DNA from: Macrostomum lignano
Taxonomy: Eukaryota
NCBI GenBank assembly: GCA_002269645.1
Contig: NIVC01000387.1
Coordinates: 310,001-374,000, forward strand
DNA length: 64,000 nt
Reading direction: 5' to 3'
Each line of letters starts with the position of its first letter. Positions within the stretch are counted from its first letter, which is position 1. Positions 1 through 11,533 of the stretch are shown here, in pieces. The position numbers were made by a program, and so were the translations under genes. The notes under the pieces were generated by a model. The model saw nothing but the letters and a program-made list of their open reading frames with translations, was not told the DNA's origin and searched no databases.

Positions 1-3000
1 GGACGACATGGCGGGCCGTAACAGCGGAATCTTCATGGGTGAGTCGCTTGCACCAGGTGTAAACCAGGGAGTGGGGGCTGATTGGGGGTAGGAAATCTAG
101 AGAAGCCGGGGTGGGGGTGGGTGGCTGATTGGGGGTAGGAATTCTAGAAAGGCCCGGAGTGGGGTGGGTGGCTGATTGGGGTAGGAAATCTAGTGAGGCG
201 CGTGAGTGAGAGGGTAGAAAATTTGCGGAAGAAGAATAGGGGTTAGCTAAGAGCGCAAATATGGTTATGCCGAATTATTAAAGATTTAAATCCAGTCAGT
301 TGGTCACCAATCACGTGACAGTCAGCAGATGAAATTTCGTGCATTTTTCGCGCTTTATCGAGCACAAAAAGGAGTCAATGCATTTTTACGCGGGCCAATT
401 AAGCAGGAATTTTGAAAGTCGTGCTCAGAATTGAGCGAATGGGAGCAGCGGCTATCTCTCTAGAGGTGGCACAGGCTCAGCTTATCTGGCCGCAATTCTC
501 TCACTTGGCACCGAAGCACAAAGACGGCAAGATTTTTTGGCCAGGGCAATGCCATGAGCTAATGTACCCTCCTTGAATTTTGACTTGAACTTTCCTTGAC
601 TTGAAATTTTGAGATAAAAGCATGAATCTTCTTGAATTACAATTTTTTCGGATTTTTAATATCCTTTTGCCCTCTGCAGCTTGCTGCATTTATCCAATTA
701 ACTATACCTGATAACTATAAAATATATTCACCCTCCGGTCACCCTCCGGTCACCCTCCGGTCACCCTCCGGTCACCCTCCGGTCACCCTCCGGTCACCCT
801 CCGGTCACCCTCCGGTCACCCTCCGGTCACCCTCCGGTCACCCTCCGGTCACCCTCCGGTCACCCTCCGGTCACCCTCCGGTCACCCTCCGGTCACCCTC
901 CGGTCACCCTCCGGTCACCCTCCGGTCACCCTCCGGTCACCCTCCGGTCATTCTCCGGTCACCCTCCGGTCACCCTCCGGTCACCCTCCGGTCACCCTCC
1001 GGTCACCCTCCGGTCACCCTCCGGTCACCCTCCGGTCACCCTCCGGTCACCCTCCGGTCACCCTCCGGTCACCCTCCGGTCACCCTCCGGTCACCCTCCG
1101 GTCACCCTCCGGTCACCCTCCGGTCACCCTCCGGTCACCCTCCGGTCACCCTCCGGTCACCCTCCGGTCACCCTCCGGTCACCCTCCGGTCACCCTCCGG
1201 TCACCCTCCGGTCACCCTCCGGTCACCCTCCGGTCACCCTCCGGTCACCCTCCGGTCACCCTCCGGTCACCCTCCGGTCACCCTCCGGTTACCCTCCGGT
1301 CACCCTCCGATCACCTTCCACTCGCCCGCCCCAATCCCGCAGGCTTCCTCTTCCTGGTGCGCACAATGTCCCCAATCGTCGGCTTCCTGTTCGGCAGTTT
1401 CCTCATCACGGTGAACGAAGGCCTGGTGCTGCGGCCCGAGGAATTCCCGCAGGGCCTCAAAGATCCGATGTGGGTCGGCGCCTGGTGGCTGGGCATCGTT
1501 GTAGCCGGTGAGTCCGTGGGTTTGATCGCCAAATGAGAGTTCAGCTGCGGGTGCAAAACTCGACTCCAGCTTGACTGACAGGCGGCCTCGAGGCCTGCCG
1601 CCAGTATCTTATCGCCTTATCTTGGGCGCTTTGTGCCTCAGTGCGACTGAGGATCCAGCAAAGGTTTTCCGACGTTCCCGATTCCTGGAAATGAAGATCG
1701 CGTGATCTCAATTGAGAATATCTATCGAGGCGTACCAGCAGTCTGTAGACTGAATTTAAGTTTGAAAGACTAAAATATTATGCTTGATTTTCAGGCAGAA
1801 AAGAATTTATATTCTTTGTTTGGCCTTCCATTGGTAGCAGCTAAGAATCTCACCTGGAAACCTGGAAAAATCGAATTCTACATAACTCGAACGAATGCAC
1901 CGGGGAGATGCAGAATTCTAGGAAATTCAGTCTAGCAGCCTCGCACCGCCCCCCCCCCCGCAGGCTGCATCGTGCTGGTGAACACCCCGTTGCTGACCAT
2001 GCTGGACGTCAAGGGGCTGCGCAAAGCCGGCGAAGACGACCGCGCCAAGGGCCGCGACGATTCGCCCCCAGTGGCGGCAGCGGGGATGGCGGCCGCGCCC
2101 ACGACTTCGGGCAACGTGGACGCCATCGGCAGCATGACCAGCATCGCCGGCCGGGGCCTCGACATGAGCAACGTCAGCTGCTTCGGTGAGTCTGTCTGGA
2201 ACTCGGATTGGATAACTCGATTCACCCTAACCCTACTGTCAGTAGCGTGATTCACCTTAACCGTACTGTCAGTAGTATGGTTCACCCTAACCCTACTGTC
2301 AGTAGCATGATTCACCCTAACCCTACTGTCAGTAGTATGATTCACCCTAACCCTACTGTCGGTAGTATGATTCACCCTAACCCTACTGTCAGTAGCATGA
2401 TTCACCCTAACCCTACTGTCAGTAGCATGATTCACCCTAACCCTACTGTCAGTAGTATGATTCACCCTAACCCTACTGTCAGTAGTATGATTCACCCTAA
2501 CCCTACTGTCAGTAGCATGATTCACCCTAACCCTATTGTCAGTAGCATGATTCACCCTAACCCTACTGTCAGTAGCATGATTCACCCTAGCCCTACTGTC
2601 AGTAGTATGGTTCAACGACCAATTCACAAAGGTGTACGGTAGACCCAGTAGCATGCCAGCCCTGAGGCTGAGCACCCGGGCTGCAGGCCGGCAAGCTGCC
2701 TGCTTAGGGCTATGGTGCTCCTCCCCACTGCCATTCTTTTTTTCTGGGCTGGCATCCCAGCGCGGTTTTATCCCCTGCTTTTATCTAGTTTTAGCTTAAT
2801 TTAGGCCTTGAGCCAAATCCAATTTCTCTGGAGTTATGAGCTCTGCCCTCGCCCGGTCCATCTTGCCCTGTCCTCGGGTCCATCTCCTGGCTCCTGCTGT
2901 AAGGTCCCTGCTTGCGTGTCTCTGGCTCTCATCCTGACAGTGGATTGGTGTCCTGGGAAGGATGTTCGTCCCGAACCGGGGACAACCGGCTGAGTCCGGA

Positions 3001-6000
3001 GTCCTCTTGCCCCGGGTGCCTCTTCTCCCGACCCCTTGGCCTGGCCCCCAATAATGAGCTGGATAGGCGATGCCCTTGGGTTGGCAGCAATAGAGGTGGA
3101 CGGTCTTCCCGCCTGGAGTCTCCCCCTCGGATACAAGCCTTCCAGACTCACTCCACAATAGAGCTGGGTAGTGAAAAGCCTTGAGGCTCGAGACCTTCAG
3201 GGGATCCACGACCCTGTAGTAGGATCGCTCTTGGTAATAAGCTGCCCAGACTCGCTCCAATAGTTTAAGCCATTTCCAAGGTTTAGGAGTAACTCCTCAC
3301 TCGGACCGCTTTCTTAGTAATATCCAAAGCTTTTCGCTCTCCAATTTTTCTGCGCACTCCCAAGGACTCGCTAGCTGGGGGGTGGCCTGGGTGGACTCGG
3401 TCTTAGCACCGTCCCTGATTCCACTGTTTGGGTTGGCGGTGTCTTGTACCATAGGCTTGAAGTCCCTCGCCCTTTCCCTAGCTTTAAGCTGGGTCCAATC
3501 CCAATGTATCCAAGGGGTATCTCAGGCCCTGGACAGTTAATGCCTTGGCCCCTGGTAGTGCCCCTCAGCGGCAGAGCCCCTCCCAGGGCTTTCTGTGCCC
3601 TTGGCAGTGCCCACTGCGGCAGAGCCCCTCCCAGGGCTGATCCGCGGGTAGCCCCGTAGCTTCCCACCCTCGTTTAACAACAACAACCCTACTGTCAGTA
3701 GTATGGTTCACCCTAACCCTACTGTCAGTAGCATGATTCACCCTAACCCTACTGTCAGTAGCATGATTCACCCTAACCCTACTGTCAGTAGTATGGTTCA
3801 CCCTAACCCTACTGTCAGTAGTATGGTTCACCCTAACCCTACTGTCAGTAGCATGATTCACCCTAACCCTACTGTCAGTAGTATGGTTCAGCCTATCTTT
3901 CTCATAGGTAATTTATTAAGACCTGAGCCAACGCCCCCTCGCACTGATCAGAGCTGCTGCGGTTCATCAAGGAGCTGTACAGCAACACCGTGTTCCTGAC
4001 GCTGTACCTCGGCACAATATTCGAGTTCGGCGCCTTCATCATTCTGATCGGCTATTTTCCTAAGTTCATCGAATCGCATTTCTACGTCAATGCGAACACT
4101 GCAAATATGATGTCCAGTGAGTTGCTGGCAGTAGCTTTTTCAGGACAAATCTAAGACACATTTTAGGACAAATCTCAGATACATTTCAGGACAAATCTCA
4201 GACACATTTCAGGACAAATCTAAGACACATTTCAGGACAAATCTAAGACACATTTTAGGACAAATCTCAGATACATTTCAGGACAAATCTCAGACACATT
4301 TCAGGACAAATCTCAGACACATTTCAGGACAAATCTAAGACACATTTCAGGACAAATCTCAGACACATTTCAGGACAAATCTCAGACACATTTCAGGACA
4401 AATCTCAGACACATTTCAGGACAAATCTCAGACACATTTCAGGACAAATCTCAGACACATTTCAGGACAAATCTCAGACACATTTCAGGACAAATCTCAG
4501 ACACTTTTCAGGACAAATCTCAGACACATTTCAGGACAAATCTCAGACACATTTCAGGACAAATCTCAGACACATTTCAGGACAAATCTCAGACACATTT
4601 CAGGACAAATCTCAGACACATTTCAGGACAAATCTCAGACACATTTCAGGACAAATCTCAGACACATTTCAGGACAAATCTCAGACACATTTCAGGACAA
4701 ATCTCAGACACATTTCAGGACAAATCTCAGACACATTTCAGGACAAATCTCAGACACATTTCAGGACAAATCTCAGACACATTTCAGGACAAATCTCAGA
4801 CACATTTCAGGACAAATCTTAGACACATTTCAGGACAAATCTCAGACACATTTCAGGACAAATCTTAGATGCATTTCAGGACAAATCTCAGATGCATTTC
4901 AGGACAAATCTTAGATGCATTTCAGGACAAATCTTAGACACATTTCAGGACAAATCTCAGACACATTTCAGGACAAATCTTAGATGCATTTCAGGACAAA
5001 TCTCAGACACATTTCAGGACAAATCTTAGACACATTTCAGGACAAATCTCAGACACATTTCAGGACAAATCTTAGATGCATTTCAGGACAAATCTCAGAT
5101 GCATTTCAGGACAAATCTTAGATGCATTTCAGGACAAATCTTAGACACATTTCAGGACAAATCTCAGACACATTTCAGGACAAATCTTAGATGCATTTCA
5201 GGACAAATCTCAGACACATTTCAGGACAAATCTTAGACACATTTCAGGACAAATCTTAGATGCATTTCAGGACAAATCTCAGACACATTTCAGGACAAAT
5301 CTTAGACACATTTCAGGACAAATCTCAGACACATTTCAGGACAAATCTTAGATGCATTTCAGGACAAATCTCAGATGCATTTCAGGACAAATCTCAGATG
5401 CATTTCAGGACAAATCTCAGACACATTTCAGGACAAATCTCAGACACATTTCAGGACAAATCTCAGACACATTTCAGGACAAATCTCAGATGCATTTCAG
5501 GACAAATCTCAGATGCATTTCAGGACAAATCTCAGACACATTTCAGGACAAATCTCAGACACATTTCAGGACAAATCTCAGACACATTTCAGGACAAATC
5601 TCAGACACATTTCAGGACAAATCTCAGACACATTTCAGGACAAATCTCAGACACATTTCAGGACAAATCTCAGATGCATTTCAGGACAAATCTCAGACAC
5701 ATTTCAGGACAAATCTCAGACACATTTCAGGACAAATCTCAGACACATTTCAGGACAAATCTCAGACACATTTCAGGACAAATCTCAGACACATTTCAGG
5801 ACAAATCTCAGACACATTTCAGGACAAATCTCAGACACATTTCAGGACAAATCTCAGACACATTTCAGCACAAATCTCAGACACATTTCAGGACAATTCT
5901 CAGACACATTTCAGGACAATTCTCAGACACATTTCAGGACAATTCTCAGACACATTTCAGCACAAATCTCAGACACATTTCAGGACAAATCTCAGACACA

Positions 6001-9000
6001 TTTCAGGACAAATCTCAGACACATTTCAGGACAAATCTCAGATGCATTTCAGGACAAATCTCAGACCCAGGAGTAATGTCAGACAGCCTGATCACCCACC
6101 ACCCGCCACCATCTCAGGCGTGAGTCTGGCCGGAGCCTCGGCCCTGGCCATCATGATCAGCAGCCTGGTGTCGAAGGTGTTCCCTATGTCGGTGACGCAC
6201 ATGAGCCTGTACCACGCCGTTGTCAACACGATCTCGGCGCTGGCATTCCCGGTGCTGTTTCTGTTCCGCTGCGACAAGGTGGACATGGTGGGGCCGCACA
6301 ACTTTGAGCAGGACGGACAGCTGGCTGAAATGTGAGCAGCTTTGTAGTTTCGATAGAGTGCGAAATGTACTTTAAGCATTGAATCATATCACCATCTGGA
6401 TGCATTAAATTAACTTAAGAAACGCCATGTCAGCCCGTTTTTACGCGCAATTTCATATCCAGAGCAGTAAAACAAAACTTCTACATTCTCTACAATATTG
6501 AATAATCAAAAACTGATAATTGTCGAACAACTGGCAGATCAAAATGCAGCCCATTACACAATAAATTTCCGCATTCGACCCACCAGGACCTGCTACGACC
6601 CGGCCAGCTGTCCCAAGTACGCCTACAACCCCGTGTGCGTGGGCGGCCGCAGCTTCATGACCCCCTGCCTGGCCGGCTGCACCAAACTGCCCGACCTGAA
6701 CGATACGATTGTGAGCTCTCCACAGGGAAAACACTTTTGACCCATCTGACCCACCCATACCAGTCTTGACCCATCTGACCCACCCGAACCACTCTTGACC
6801 CAACTGACCCACCCGAGCCACTCTTGAATCAACTGACCCACCCAAACCAGTCTTGACCCAACGGACCCACCCAAACCAGTCTTGACCCAACGGACCCACC
6901 CAAACCAGTCTTGACCTATCTGACCCACCAAACCAGTCTTGACCGATCTGACCCACCAGAACAGTCTTGACTCACTTGACCCACCAGAACAGTCTTGACT
7001 CACTTGACCCACCTAAAACAGTCTTGACCCATCTGACCCACCAAAACACTCTTGACCCATCTGACCCACCAAAACAGTCTTGACCCATCTGACCCACGGA
7101 AAACACTCTTGATCCATCTGACCCACGGAAAACAGTCTTGACCCATCTGACCCACCAAAACACTCTTGACCCATCTGACCCACCAAAACAGTCTTGACCC
7201 ATCTGACCCACGGAAAACAGTCTTGACCCATCTGACCCACGGAAAACACACTTGACCCATCTGACCCATCTGGAAAAGATTCGAGCTTCCAAAACGCGGC
7301 CCACCCGCAGCCGGGCTACGCGAACTGCCTCTGCTCGAACCAGACCGGGTCGCCGGGCATCTGCGCACCCCAGTGCAGCAACGTGTACGCCTACCTGGTG
7401 CTGTTCTTCTGCATCAGGGTGGTTGGCACCATCGCGGCAGTGCAGTTCACCCTCATCATGATGAAGTAGGAGCTGAAACCATTTGATTAACCTGTTGTGT
7501 CCAAATTCATTAGCTCAGCTTTCAAACACCGCTTCAGAATTCCCAGCTCGCGCGAGATGAAGCCGCTGGCCATGGGTTCGATTTCCTTTCTGTTTGGCCT
7601 GCTGGGTAAGCTGGCTTCATCCTGTAACCCCACCCCACTCAAACAAAGTTTCTTTTTATAGCGTATATCATCGGCGGCAAAAGTTTTCCACTTTCATTGA
7701 CGCATTTCATGCCACCTTTGTGTGCAACATGGCAAAGGACTTTCAACCCGGTCCCTTCACGAAGACCATCTGGGCCTGTCTGTGGGGACTGTCCACCCGG
7801 TCCTTCACAAAGATCATCTAGGCCTGTCTGTGGGGACTGTCCACCCGGTCCCTTCGTGAAGACCTCGGCCTGTCTGTGGGGACTGTCCACCCGGTCCTTC
7901 ACGAAGACCATCTGGGCCTGTCTGTGGGGACTGTTCACCCGGTCCTTCACGAAGACCTCGGCCTGTCTGTGGGGACTGTTCACCCGGTCCTTCACGAAGA
8001 CCTCGGCCTGTCTGTGGGGACTGTCCACACGGTCCTTCACGAAGACCCGGAAGCGGCCACATTTGGCCGAAAAAAAGGTTGTTTTATCCACTGGGACAAT
8101 GATGCCTCATTCACTCGGCAGTCAGGATGAGTGATTTTTGCCAGGAACTTCTTCAATATCGTCGATCGAGCATCCACCGAGCTCACGGGATCTTGGTCCA
8201 GCAGACTTTTGGTTGAAATGGGAGCTTTCGGGTATCCAGATTGTTGGCAATACAGTGCGAACCAAGTGGGAACGAGTCGTGAGGAGCCTTCAAACAGTCG
8301 CATTCGCCCAGACCTTCGAGAACATGGATGAGGCGATGCGAGAAGTCATCCAGCTGGGTGGCGATTGTGTCGAGAAGTCTTAGGGAGAATTCGACTGAGC
8401 CCGTTGCGAGAGCTGAGAGACAGACTTGCTGACATTTGCTTTTTGAAATCACCTCGTGTAGGCTTGCTTTACAAACTGCTAACTCACCTACCTATGGGAT
8501 CACTGCCACTTCACCCAGGTGTGATCACTGTCCACCCACCCCTCCACCACTGGTATGATCACTGCTCCAACCCCGAACCACTGCAGGTGTGATCACTTTC
8601 CCACCCCCAACCACCACAGGTGTGATCACTGCCCCACCACCCCACCACCGCAGGTGTGATCACTGCCCCACCACCCCACCACCGCAGGTGTGATCACTGC
8701 CCCACCTCCCCACCACCGCAGGTGTGATCACTACCCCACCACCCCACCACCGCAGGTGTGATCACTGCCCCACCACCCCACCACCGCAGGTGTGATCACT
8801 GCCCCACCACCCCACCACCGCAGGTGTGATCACTGCCCCACCACCCCACCACCGCAGGTGTGATCACTGCCCCACCACCCCACCACCGCAGGTGTGATCA
8901 CTGCCCCACCACCCCACCACCGCAGGTGTGATCACTGCCCCACCACCCCACCACCGCAGGTGTGATCACTGCCCCACCACCCCACCACCGCAGGTGTGAT

Positions 9001-9439
9001 CACTGCCCACCACCCCACCACCGCAGGTGTGATCACTGCCCCACCACCCCACCACCGCAGGTGTGATCACTGCCCCACCACCCCACCACCGCAGGTGTGA
9101 TCACTGCCCCACCACCCCACCACCGCAGGCGTGATCACTCCCCCGGTAGCCGGAAAGCTCATTGACACGGTGTGCATCGTCGAGAATCCGTCATCAAGTG
9201 GGCGCAGCTTCTGTCTGTTCTACGACACGGACCGGTTCCGGCAGCTGGTGCACGGCATCGGCGGCTGCTTCCAGGTGCCGTCCTGCCTGCTGTTCTTCCT
9301 CTCCTACTGGCTCAGCCGCAGCCGCTACCCAGTGGAGAAAGACGAGGTCACCAGGCAGAAGCTGCGGCGAGCTCAGAAGGCGGCGGAGGCTGGCGGCGGC
9401 ACGGGCGAGGAGCTGCAGCGGCTGCCCACATCAGGGTAG
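1..9439 (+). CDS. Organic anion transporting polypeptide (OATP/SLCO family), 5'-partial, 9 exons visible
   Basis: Exons <1-38, 1343-1507, 1964-2185, 3952-4116, 6118-6331, 6587-6710, 7311-7465, 7538-7605, 9129-9439. All introns are GT-AG with compatible phases. Family motifs: WVGAWWLG, YFPKFIESHF, Kazal-like CPKYAYNPVC..FMTPCLAGC, and C-terminal GKLIDTVC..FCLFYD. Confidence 0.93.
729..1320. repeat. 11-bp minisatellite (CACCCTCCGGT)n, about 53 copies, OATP intron
   Basis: Near-perfect tandem array ending about 20 nt before the acceptor at 1342; it explains ORF 632-1414. Confidence 0.97.
2215..2612. repeat. 30-bp minisatellite (TTCACCCTAACCCTACTGTCAGTAGCATGA)n, left block, about 13 copies
   Basis: Tandem array; the same unit resumes at 3686. 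Confidence 0.95.
2613..3688. mobile_element. Unclassified ~1.07-kb insertion splitting the 30-bp array; ends in (AAC)n
   Basis: Non-repetitive GC-rich block between two blocks of one minisatellite. Its right end is CCCTCGTTTAACAACAACAAC and it has an internal direct repeat (GGCAGAGCCCCTCCCAGGGCT x2). No TSD found. Confidence 0.5.
3686..3890. repeat. 30-bp minisatellite, right block, about 7 copies
   Basis: Same unit as 2215-2612. Confidence 0.95.
4140..6066. repeat. 23-bp minisatellite (CAGGACAAATCTCAGACACATTT)n, about 84 copies
   Basis: Fills nearly all of OATP intron 4117-6117; it explains ORFs at 5260-6335. Confidence 0.97.
6735..7270. repeat. ~28-bp minisatellite (TCTTGACCCATCTGACCCACCAAAACAG-like)
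   Basis: Degenerate tandem array filling OATP intron 6711-7310; same family as 9913-10640. Confidence 0.92.
7745..8045. repeat. 43-46-bp minisatellite (GGCCTGTCTGTGGGGACTGTCCACCCGGTCCTTCACGAAGACC..) about 7 copies
   Basis: Tandem array abutting the mariner remnant. Confidence 0.9.
8048..8460 (+). mobile_element. Mariner (Tc1/mariner) 3' remnant with right TIR
   Basis: Frameshifted transposase C-terminus: RKRPHLAEKKVV / HWDN (cf. HDNARPH), HPPSSRDLGPADFWL (cf. HPPYSPDLAPSDF) and GGDCVEKS*. It ends TTTTTGAAATCACCTCGTG-TA, a mariner-type TIR plus TA. Confidence 0.8.
8510..9128. repeat. 34-bp minisatellite (CAGGTGTGATCACTGCCCCACCACCCCACCACCG)n, about 16 copies, duplicating the intron/exon junction
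   Basis: The unit equals the intron 3' end plus the first ~14 nt of the last OATP exon (CAG|GCGTGATCACTCCCCC). Confidence 0.93.
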
Positions 9440-9912
9440 TTCAGACAGAGTCTGGGATCGAATCTTTATGACAGGAAACCGTTTCCATTGAAGTGGAAAT
9501 GAATAAGCCTGACTTTTGCAATCGGAAAGCGAAACCCTTTGCCGAACAGAATACTCTAGACAGCTTATTCTCGATAAAGAATTTTTAATCAAAGCGGACC
9601 TCCGATGACTCGCTACTCGACTGATACCGTAGGCCTAGGCAGGCGCAAGAATGCCTCCTGTATGAACCTTAGTAGTAGGAAACTAGAAGTCTTACAAATA
9701 CTGTGTACATGCATGCCTGTAGTTTCCCCATTAAGATTCACAGATTATGCAGAACTTTGCCATTTCTGATCTTCAATGCTTCGGTCCTGCAACTACGTTA
9801 CAGCGCAGATGCTATAAATATACGAGTGGAATTCAAAACTGTCAACTTTTAAGAGCAAGGCACTTCTGACTCGGTGGCGAAAACCAATACGTACTTCCGA
9901 TACTTCCAAACC

Positions 9913-10640
9913 GTCTGACCCACCAAAACCTCTTGACTCGTCTGACCCACCAAAACCCTCTTGACTCATCTGACCCACCAAAACCCTCTTGACTCGTCTG
10001 ACCCACCAAAACCCTCTTGACTCATCTGACCCACCAAAACCCTCTTGACTCGTCTGACCCACCAAAACCCTCTTGACTCATCTGACCCACCAAAACCTCT
10101 TGACTCATCTGACCCACCAAAACCTCTTGACTCATCTGACCCACCAAAACCTCTTGACTCATCTGACCCACCAAAACCTCTTGACTCATCTGACCCACCA
10201 AAACCCTCTTGACTCATCTGACCCACCAAAACCTCTTGACTCATCTGACCCACCAAAACCTCTTGACTCATCTGACCCACCAAAACCTCTTGACTCATCT
10301 GACCCACCAAAACCTCTTGACTCATCTGACCCACCAAAACCTCTTGACTCATCTGACCCACCAAAACCTCTTGACTCATCTGACCCACCAAAACCCTCTT
10401 GACTCGTCTGACCCACCAAAACCCTCTTGACTCATCTGACCCACCAAAACCCTCTTGACTCATCTGACCCACCAAAACCCTCTTGACTCATCTGACCCAC
10501 CAAAACCCTGTTGACTCATCTTGACCCGCCAAAACCAGTCTTGACTCATCTGACCCACCAAACCACTTTTGACTCATCTGACCCACCTAAACACTTTTGA
10601 CTCATCTGATCCACCCAAAAAATTCTGACCCATGTGACCC
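9913..10640. repeat. 27/28-bp minisatellite (GACTCATCTGACCCACCAAAACCTCTT)n
   Basis: Tandem array between the convergent OATP and HMBS genes. Confidence 0.95.
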
Positions 10641-11533
10641 AGACCCACCAAAAATACGGTTGAAGTGTCTTAAAATTAGTTCGAATGACATCTCCGAAAA
10701 AAGTTTAACAGGTAGCCATGAACATCTATCAGTTTATCAAGAAATCGTACGATGCAACAAGGTATTGATCTTGTGTCTGCAAAGGCAGTTTATTTTGTAT
10801 CAATGATGCGTCAAAAAGCACAGCGCGTGTTTAGCCAGCTACAAGTAATCGATTACTTCCACCTGGCAGCACTCATCAAGAATGAGTTTGCAGGCAGCTA
10901 AAAAGAGAACAGAATTAAACTGACGCACTCTGAGTGAGTTCAAAACAGAAACTACGGCTAAATAATGCAAGCGGATAAATATGGATAATTTAATGAACTG
11001 CTCAATGTCCTGAAGCTACTACTACTTTAGTAGCTAAATCTAGTAGTATTCTACGCTAATAGTTTTACAAGAGAACCACAAATTCATGCATCGCTTCGAA
11101 GCCAAAGTCGAAATTTTTTAAATGAAAAGCAACATGAAAACTACGAGAAAAGTTAGCTTTCGTTTTTCGCAACACCCGCAGCTGCCTACTGCCAAGCTGC
11201 TGGCAGTAGTCAGGATAGGAAAAAACAAGCGGGAAAATTTCGAATTTTCTTCACAACAAGATAATTATTCTCTTGCTTTTTCTACAAAAACATTAAATAC
11301 AGCAAAGCAGCATTACTGAAGACGAAAGCTAAATATTCTAATTTTTTTGGGACATCTGACTGATGCTCACAACAGCTTTGGTGGCGCGGTCAGTTCCTAC
11401 TCTGTGAGCCAAGTGATTCAAGTTCCGTAGGAGAAAATAAATAATCTATTTCAGTTTTAAACAGCTCGGACCCCAGGCCTGCACCGCACAGCTTCCAGCC
11501 CCATCAAACATCACAGGGAGGCCAGCGGGCCCC

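Noticed and set aside
62-200. Three G-rich degenerate repeats with G-quadruplex potential
   Set aside because: Short and degenerate; nothing distinguishes them from the many other intronic repeats.
632-1414. 260-aa ORF (SPSGHPPVTLR)n
   Set aside because: Translation of an 11-bp intronic minisatellite lacking stops.
5260-6335. Three overlapping 233-327-aa ORFs
   Set aside because: Produced by the 23-bp array; only the part from 6118 is a real OATP exon.
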